Origin: a virus
Taxonomy: Duplodnaviria > Heunggongvirae > Uroviricota > Caudoviricetes
Direction: 5' to 3' (one strand)
DNA: 4,474 nt
Virus record (IMG/VR): IMGVR_UViG_2740892268_000007
The notes below the pieces were generated by a model. It was not told where the DNA came from. It worked only from the letters and a program-made list of their open reading frames with translations, and made no database searches. The translations under genes and the position numbers were made by a program. Positions 1 through 4,405 of the stretch are shown here, in pieces; the first letter of the stretch is position 1; every line of letters begins with the position of its first letter.

Positions 1-39
1 CCCGGCAGCCTTCAGGGAAAAATATCATCAGATGGCTGC

Positions 40-393
40 TTAAAAAAAGAACAAATGGTAGTGTCCGCTATTGCCAGTACACCTCAATTGCTCTGCGGCT
101 TCGCTCAGAGCTGGCGTATGTTCCCGGCCTACTGATTCACACAGGTAATCAACGAAACCGGACACCAGTTTTCGTTCGCGAGGCGTGATCGCCCCACCGA
201 CCGGAGTCCAGTAATCGAAACCCAGTTGCAGGAGTTTGAAAAAACGCTTGTGGAATGCGTAGTTACACACACGCTTAAAGTCTGCGTGTATCCACTCACC
301 TATTTTGATTTGATGCAGAAAATCGCAACTCTCCGGCGTCGCCGGGAGAAGTAATCCGGAAGAGGTTTGTTTGACCAGTTGTATATGTGCCAT
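40..393 (-). CDS. Hypothetical small phage protein (117 aa from ATG; track ORF 40..435 uses an upstream TTG)
   Basis: Open frame on the minus strand ending at TAA 39-37. ATG at 393-391 is preceded by GGAG with a 7-nt spacer (minus strand ccGGAGaaagccgATG), which I prefer over the TTG at 435-433 that overlaps the upstream stop. Four Cys residues; no family recognised. Last gene of the operon within the window. Confidence 0.6.
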   Translation of the reverse strand: MAHIQLVKQTSSGLLLPATPESCDFLHQIKIGEWIHADFKRVCNYAFHKRFFKLLQLGFDYWTPVGGAITPRERKLVSGFVDYLCESVGREHTPALSEAAEQLRCTGNSGHYHLFFF

Positions 394-431
394 CGGCTTT
401 CTCCGGTGGCACGGTGTTACACAGCAGGAGT

Positions 432-719
432 TCAATCCTGCTCAAGATTGTAGATGAGTTTATTCTTCAGCAAAAGCAGAAAACCAGCCTTAAAACCAAT
501 CTCTTTCAAAACCCGTAATGATGTGACAAATTCGTCCTCACGCAAAATAAAACCGTCCGTCAGAAGTCCATTACAAAAATAAAATAACACAGCACCGCTC
601 TTCCTTTGTTGAGATTGCAAACATCTAATGCGGCAATGGCTGACAATCGCTCCATTCTCAACGCGCACAGCATAGAGGCCATTTTCACTAAAAATTTCAC
701 GCAATTCTTCGATTTTCAT
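432..719 (-). CDS. Hypothetical small phage protein (95 aa)
   Basis: ATG at 719-717 preceded by GGAAGGA with an 8-nt spacer on the minus strand; stop TGA 434-432. Hydrophobic/amphipathic C-terminus (FKAGFLLLLKNKLIY). No family recognised. Confidence 0.6.
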   Translation of the reverse strand: MKIEELREIFSENGLYAVRVENGAIVSHCRIRCLQSQQRKSGAVLFYFCNGLLTDGFILREDEFVTSLRVLKEIGFKAGFLLLLKNKLIYNLEQD

Positions 720-800
720 CTTCAGAATCCTTCCAGATAAATAGCTCTCCCCTGTTCGGGGTCCATCCCTCTTCTCCCTGCGCGCTACTTAAGTGAGTCG

Positions 801-828
801 ATTCTATCTGCGAAGGTGCGCGAATCAA
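801..828 (-). promoter_or_regulatory. Candidate sigma70-type promoter for the 95-aa/117-aa gene pair
   Basis: On the minus strand: TTGATT (plus 823-828), 16-nt spacer, TAGAAT (plus 801-806), lying just downstream of the terminator and about 80 nt upstream of the ATG at 719. Hexamer match only; not validated. Confidence 0.25.
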
Positions 829-840
829 ATTCACCGGAAA

Positions 841-893
841 TAAACAACAAAAAACCCGCCGAAACGCTGAGAGATCACAGCGATGGGCGGGTT
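841..893 (-). terminator. Rho-independent terminator (minus-strand orientation), two-tier hairpin plus U-tract
   Basis: Minus-strand RNA: AACCCGCC (plus 853-860) pairs with GGCGGGUU (plus 886-893); an inner stem CGCUG/CAGCG (plus 865-869 / 878-882) has an 8-nt loop; this is followed immediately by UUUUUUGUUGUUUA (plus 841-854). On the plus strand the hairpin is followed by TAAGTG, so it is unidirectional. Confidence 0.5.
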
Positions 894-932
894 AAGTGCG
901 GGTGCGTTGAGGATGCCTGACACATCAGAGGT

Positions 933-960
933 GGGCGGGGATGGGATCAGCTCCCCGCCC
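933..960 (-). other. GC-rich 9-bp hairpin (GGGCGGGGA / TCCCCGCCC, 10-nt loop) enclosing the stop codon of the masked minus-strand ORF
   Basis: Perfect inverted repeat 933-941 / 952-960. The stop TGA (949-947) of the minus-strand frame emerging from the N block lies in the loop. No U-tract follows, so it is not a terminator by itself; it may be an RNA stability or processing element, or an upstream partner of the terminator at 841-893. Confidence 0.4.
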
Positions 961-1264
961 GGTCACTCTTACTTCCTGGNNNNNNNNNNNNNNNNNNNNN
1001 NNNNNNNNNNNNNNNNNNNNNNNNNNNNNNNNNNNNNNNNNNNNNNNNNNNNNNNNNNNNNNNNNNNNNNNNNNNNNNNNNNNNNNNNNNNNNNNNNNNN
1101 NNNNNNNNNNNNNNNNNNNNNNNNNNNNNNNNNNNNNNNNNNNNNNNNNNNNNNNNNNNNNNNNNNNNNNNNNNNNNNNNNNNNNNNNNNNNNNNNNNNN
1201 NNNNNNNNNNNNNNNNNNNNNNNNNNNNNNNNNNTGAAGCAGATAGCCTCAAGCACCCGCAGTC

Positions 1265-1294
1265 ATTCTACTTACCTCGCCAATATGAAATCAA
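1265..1294 (-). promoter_or_regulatory. Candidate promoter directed into the masked block
   Basis: On the minus strand: TTGATT (plus 1289-1294), 18-nt spacer, TAGAAT (plus 1265-1270). These are the same two hexamers as the candidate at 801-828. It sits just downstream of the queH-like stop and points into the N block. Hexamer match only. Confidence 0.2.
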
Positions 1295-1315
1295 TCAGAA
1301 AGGTGCCCCATAAAA

Positions 1316-2002
1316 TCACTCCTTCTCTTCTTTACCGTAGTGGAGTTGACCAATTTTGATAAGAGGGCGTCCCTGAGATTTGCGGTGTAGATTGGTATCG
1401 CGCAGAGAATACACACAGCCACAATATTCCTGCTGATAGAATTTTTCGCGCTTGCTGATTTCAATCATACGGGACGAGCCGCCCTGCTTGCGCCAGTTAT
1501 AATCCCAGTACACCATGCCCGGATAATGCGCGACGGCTCGCCGCCCACAGTCGTTAACCTGCTGCATATTTTTCCAGCGTGAAATGCCCAGTGAACTGCT
1601 GATCACACTGAAACCATTTTCAGCGGCGTACAGCGCTGTCCGCTCAAAACGCATGTCAAAACACATGGTGCAACGGATCCCTCGTTCGGGCTCCCATTCC
1701 ATTCCTTTGGCTCGTTCAAACCAGTTGTCTGTGTCGTAATCAGCATCAATAAACGGCACGCCGTGTTGTTCAGCAAAGCGAATATTCTCATCCTTACGAA
1801 TTAAATACTCTTTCTGAGGATGAATGTTCGGGTTGTAGAAAAAGATGGTGTAGTCGATTCCCGAGGCCTGAAGCGCCTCCATCACCTCACCGGAACATGG
1901 AGCACAGCAAGAGTGCAGTAGTAGTTTGTTTGCCCCGTTTGGGAGCTCCAATTTGGGCCGTTTGAAATCAGCAACTGTCATAAATATGTTTATTGGGGTC
2001 AT
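1316..2002 (-). CDS. queH: QueH-like epoxyqueuosine reductase (DUF208 family, Fe-S, cobalamin-independent)
   Basis: 228-aa ORF with ATG at 2002-2000 (alternative ATG at 1981-1979) and stop TGA 1318-1316. The protein carries [11 protein letters not shown] near the N-terminus, FYNPNIHP...EY...R, RC..C in the middle and [11 protein letters not shown] near the C-terminus, which I recognise from memory as the conserved Cys and aromatic motifs of the QueH/DUF208 family. No obvious SD in front of either ATG. Confidence 0.8.
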   Translation of the reverse strand: MTPINIFMTVADFKRPKLELPNGANKLLLHSCCAPCSGEVMEALQASGIDYTIFFYNPNIHPQKEYLIRKDENIRFAEQHGVPFIDADYDTDNWFERAKGMEWEPERGIRCTMCFDMRFERTALYAAENGFSVISSSLGISRWKNMQQVNDCGRRAVAHYPGMVYWDYNWRKQGGSSRMIEISKREKFYQQEYCGCVYSLRDTNLHRKSQGRPLIKIGQLHYGKEEKE

Positions 2003-2149
2003 AAAAATATCAAAGAGTGTAGCATTAGAACGGGGCTATCGGAAACAGATGTGTGACTGCTCCCCGCCCTTTCGGGTGGTCTCCTGATGATTTGAGGGTG
2101 CAGAAATCCCTCCGGTTAAGGATTAAATTTTTAACAGTGCTAAATTTAA

Positions 2150-2506
2150 TTATTCAGTTCTGGATTTTGTCGCCCTGCGTATCCGCGCTTTCGCGTTACG
2201 CTCAATCTGTATCAGCTTTTCTATATTTCTCCGCCTTTCCTGTTCCTCCTGGCGCAATAGCCTTACATCATCTGCCAGTCTGGTTTCTCTTTTTGCCACA
2301 GAGAGCATCCAGTCAAACGGCTCCACAACCGCACCGCAGATTTTACAGCGGACCTGACGCTCTTTTTCGTCAACCCGTACAGAGGCGTGATGGCAATATG
2401 GTCTTTCCGATGGCTCATAAAGAAAATTAACCTGATTACGAGGGTCATCCTCTTTTACCGGAAATAAAACGATATTGCTTAACTCATCTTCTGGTTTTAT
2501 TTCCAT
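2150..2506 (-). CDS. Small zinc-ribbon protein with basic coiled-coil tail, function unknown (118 aa; maximal ORF 2150..2563 is 137 aa)
   Basis: ATG at 2506-2504 is preceded by the purine tract AAGGAGAGGAG (strong RBS). The alternative ATG at 2563-2561 directly abuts the upstream TGA (TGAATG) and has AGGAGG 11 nt upstream. Protein has C-H-H ... C-x-x-C (CHHASVRVDEKERQVRCKIC) followed by an Arg/Glu-rich helical tail. Stop TAA 2152-2150. Confidence 0.65.
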   Translation of the reverse strand: MEIKPEDELSNIVLFPVKEDDPRNQVNFLYEPSERPYCHHASVRVDEKERQVRCKICGAVVEPFDWMLSVAKRETRLADDVRLLRQEEQERRRNIEKLIQIERNAKARIRRATKSRTE

Positions 2507-2563
2507 GCTCCTCTCCTTTGATGCGAATGCCAGCGGTAATTGAAGCCTGATAGCTAATTTCAT

Positions 2564-2986
2564 TCACAGTATCGCCTCCTGAAAATTACCCTGATAGAAA
2601 GCCAGTACACGCTGCATAGCTTCGCTCTTCCGGCACTCGCGACAGATTATATTCAGGCGCCTGTCGTAGCGGCGTATTTCTCCGTCAGGTAATGACCAGA
2701 TAAGGTCCGGATCAACAACAACCGGTTTCCTCACCTTTACTCTCGAGAGTTTTTTGCGGGCGCTTTGCCAGTCCTTGCGAGCCTGTTCAGACGGGAATAA
2801 GCCGTAGCCAGAATTATATACATCACCACTTGCGACCAGTTCTATGCATAAGCGACCGACAGACGCACGACTGATACCTGTTTCATCTGACAACTGCCGA
2901 ATCGTGACCCGACCGTCCTGATGCACGAGTTCCACAATTCGCGTCTTCAGTTCTTCCCGCTGTTCGGGAGTAAAAGGTTTCGCCAT
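2564..2986 (-). CDS. ren: Ren-like winged-helix protein (140 aa)
   Basis: ATG at 2986-2984 preceded by a perfect AGGAGG with a 4-nt spacer, lying 11 nt after the helicase-loader stop. N-terminal HTH (TIRQLSDETGISRASVGRLCIELVASG). C-terminal motif ICRECRKSEAMQRVLAFY resembles, from memory, the lambda Ren C-terminus (...KECRQSAAMKRVLAVY). Its position directly after the helicase-loader gene matches lambda O-P-ren order. About 45 aa longer than lambda Ren. Confidence 0.55.
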   Translation of the reverse strand: MAKPFTPEQREELKTRIVELVHQDGRVTIRQLSDETGISRASVGRLCIELVASGDVYNSGYGLFPSEQARKDWQSARKKLSRVKVRKPVVVDPDLIWSLPDGEIRRYDRRLNIICRECRKSEAMQRVLAFYQGNFQEAIL

Positions 2987-3000
2987 AAATCCTCCTGAAA

Positions 3001-3792
3001 CTACTTAACAACCCTCGAATGGCTAACATTCGGACGCCAGCTCTCCCAGTTAAAATTCACCCAGCGCCCGCCGTTCATGACCATGCGATCCATCACCCGC
3101 TCGCCGAGCAATGTTTTCATCACCTCATAGTTCAGGTTTGTCAGCATCCCCACGCTGCGCATCGACGCTGTCCGGCGATCAACAATCTGGTGCAGCACCA
3201 CCTGCTCGTTTTTCGTCTCGCGCTGAATGCCAATTTCATCAAGAACCAGCAGATCCACTTCGCACAGCTCCCGCAAAAATTTTTCGCCTGACTGCCCGTC
3301 GTCATAGCTGGCGTGCAGGGCGCTCATAACATCAGCCACGGTAACCACAATCACTGTCTGACCGTCTTTCAGCAGGCGATTCCCGATAGCTGCCGCTAAG
3401 TGATTCTTCCCGGTACCAGGTTTTCCGCTGAACGCAAAATTTGTACACCCGGTCATCAGTTCATCGGCGATGGATTTCGCCTGGCTTAACGCGTATCGCT
3501 GGCCGTCGTTCTGNNNNNNNNNNNNNNNNNNNNNNNNNNNNNNNNNNNNNNNNNNNNNNNNNNNNNNNNNNNNNNNNNNNNNNNNNNNNNNNNNNNNNNN
3601 NNNNNNNNNNNNNNNNNNNNNNNNNNNNNNNNNNNNNNNNNNNNNNNNNNNNNNNNNNNNNNNNNNNNNNNNNNNNNNNNNNNNNNNNNNNNNNNNNNNN
3701 NNNNNNNNNNNNNNNNNNNNNNNNNNNNNNNNNNNNNNNNNNNNNNNNNNNNNNNNNNNNNNNNNNNNNNNNNNNNNNNNNNNNNNNNNNNN
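3001..3792 (-). CDS. DnaC/IstB-like AAA+ helicase loader (phage replication protein, YdaV/P-like); true start hidden in N block 3514-3792
   Basis: Visible part has Walker A (FSGKPGTGKNHLAAA), Walker B (DLLVLDEIG) and a C-terminal region typical of DnaC-like prophage proteins; stop TAG 3003-3001. A DnaC-like protein of roughly 245 aa would start inside the mask. The track ORF 3001..3972 (TTG) fuses it to the upstream initiator C-terminal domain through the Ns. Confidence 0.8.
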   Translation of the reverse strand, partial: XXXXXXXXXXXXXXXXXXXXXXXXXXXXXXXXXXXXXXXXXXXXXXXXXXXXXXXXXXXXXXXXXXXXXXXXXXXXXXXXXXXXXXXXXXXXXQNDGQRYALSQAKSIADELMTGCTNFAFSGKPGTGKNHLAAAIGNRLLKDGQTVIVVTVADVMSALHASYDDGQSGEKFLRELCEVDLLVLDEIGIQRETKNEQVVLHQIVDRRTASMRSVGMLTNLNYEVMKTLLGERVMDRMVMNGGRWVNFNWESWRPNVSHSRVVK

Positions 3793-4141
3793 CGCGAACA
3801 GGCCCTGGTATTCATTGGCGATGCTGTGTCGAATCACCTGCTCAGGTGTAAAACCCTGCTGACGGAATTTTTCCAGTTCCCGTATCGCCCCGTTAGCGCC
3901 CTGCTCCGTTCGAATCGGTTTTCGCAATGCCTGTCTGAACCGGACCCACTCATGCCAGAGTGTTTCCGGCAACCAATCGGGCAGCTCAATAGCCTCCGGC
4001 TCGAATTTTTTAGACGCTCGTTTTTGGCGAGGGGGAGATCAGTATTTAGATCTTCCTCTTCCTCTTCCTCTGGTAACGCTTTTTGATCCGTTTGTGTAAC
4101 GCTGGCAGCGTTACCTTTTCGTTTCAGTTCGCGTATTTTTG
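3793..4141 (-). pseudogene. Frameshifted middle and C-terminal portion of the phage replication-initiator gene (acidic linker plus helicase-loader-interaction domain)
   Basis: After the 4142..4405 ORF stops, coding continues without any start codon in the -1 frame (KKRAVTNERVTKIRELKRKGNAASVTQTDQKALPEEEEEEDLNTDLPLAK...), then again in the next -1 frame (KKFEPEAIELPDWLPETLWHEWVRFRQALRKPIRTEQGANGAIRELEKFRQQGFTPEQVIRHSIANEYQGLFA) into the N block. Frame changes coincide with T8 (4167-4174) and T6 (4006-4011) or T5 (4021-4025). This is either a true pseudogene or a homopolymer miscall. Confidence 0.5.
4051..4070. repeat. (TCTTCC)3 hexanucleotide tandem repeat, encoding EEEEEE on the minus strand
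   Basis: Plus strand tcttcc tcttcc tcttcc tc at 4051-4070; minus-strand codons gag gaa gag gaa gag gaa within the initiator linker. Confidence 0.7.
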
Positions 4142-4405
4142 TTACTCGCTCGTTTGTAACCGCCCGTTTTTTTTAGAGCTTTTTCCGTTATGACGTTCAA
4201 AGTTAGGTAGAGAAAGCCCTCCGTCATTTTCGACCAGCCATCCAACCTGAATTAACGCATCAGCAAAACCAGACATAAAAGTGATGCGATCTATTGCACT
4301 TTTTGTAACGCCGCGAGCGTTACAATCTGCATTACCGTCTATCATTTGTTGATCCGCCCATGCCCAGAAGCGAATAACCTGAGGTAGCCTGAGTTTAACG
4401 GACAC
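4142..4405 (-). CDS. N-terminal fragment of the phage replication initiator (replisome-organizer / YdaU-like DNA-binding domain), likely 5'-truncated
   Basis: 87-aa ORF (GTG 4405-4403, stop TAA 4144-4142) ending ...LSLPNFERHNGKSSKK, which resembles the lambda-O-type ...PQNEGKSPKK boundary between DNA-binding domain and linker. The first 9 codons (4380-4405) are encoded by what looks like an IS terminus, so the real N-terminus is probably missing. Confidence 0.5.
   Translation of the reverse strand: MSVKLRLPQVIRFWAWADQQMIDGNADCNARGVTKSAIDRITFMSGFADALIQVGWLVENDGGLSLPNFERHNGKSSKKNGRLQTSE

Noticed and set aside
4-39. Inverted repeat GCAGCC...GGCTGC at the left window edge as a terminator
   Set aside because: The 23-nt loop is too long, and the T-run precedes rather than follows the stem on the minus strand (it is the FFF-stop coding sequence); on the plus strand the stem is followed by an A-run.
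432-435. TTG at 435-433 as the start of the last gene (4-nt overlap with the upstream stop)
   Set aside because: An ATG with a GGAG RBS lies 14 codons downstream (393-391); the TTG has no RBS and the extension (NSCCVTPCHRRKP) looks non-native. Retained only as an alternative.
906-979. Possible tRNA or other small RNA suggested by the GC-rich hairpin at 933-960
   Set aside because: The 10-nt loop and 9-bp stem do not fit a tRNA T- or anticodon arm, and no acceptor-stem pairing is visible in the unmasked flank. Kept only as a hairpin.
883-1359. ORFs in the track that span the 980-1234 N block (883..1359 +, 941..1237 +, 947..1252 -, 969..1256 -)
   Set aside because: Their length comes almost entirely from Ns translated as X. 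Only the minus-strand frame ending at 947 has supporting context (hairpin and terminator downstream, promoter-like element upstream), and even that is reported only as a hypothesis. The plus-strand ones overlap the queH 3' end and the terminator.
1603-1791. Minus-strand 62-aa ORF inside queH
   Set aside because: Alternative frame embedded in a gene with strong family motifs; no independent support.
2064-2079. Hairpin CCGCCC-TTTC-GGGTGG as a terminator for the zinc-ribbon gene
   Set aside because: No U-tract follows on either strand, and the stem has a mismatch on the minus (sense) strand.
2053-2430. Plus-strand 125-aa ORF and minus-strand 61-aa ORF (2263..2448) overlapping the zinc-ribbon gene
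   Set aside because: They lie antisense to, or out of frame within, a well-supported minus-strand gene; they have low-complexity composition and no RBS.
3019-3329. Plus-strand ORFs 3019..3291 and 3111..3329
   Set aside because: Antisense to the Walker A/B-containing DnaC-like gene; His/Pro/Ala-rich translations typical of antisense frames.
3441-3862. ORFs spanning the 3514-3792 N block on the plus strand (3441..3851, 3470..3862) and minus strand (3486..3815)
   Set aside because: These are artefacts of N translation; the flanks are antisense to, or out of frame with, the clearly coding DnaC-like and initiator frames.
3826-4086. Plus-strand 86-aa ORF
   Set aside because: Antisense to the initiator; its poly-Ser run is simply the reverse complement of the poly-Glu repeat.
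4006-4174. Programmed -1 ribosomal frameshifting (dnaX-like A AAA AAC slippery site) as the explanation for the frame changes
   Set aside because: Two consecutive -1 events would be required, the second at a weak A6 site, and no obvious downstream stimulatory structure is evident. Mutation or sequencing error at homopolymers is more parsimonious. Low-level transcriptional slippage at the A8 run cannot be excluded.
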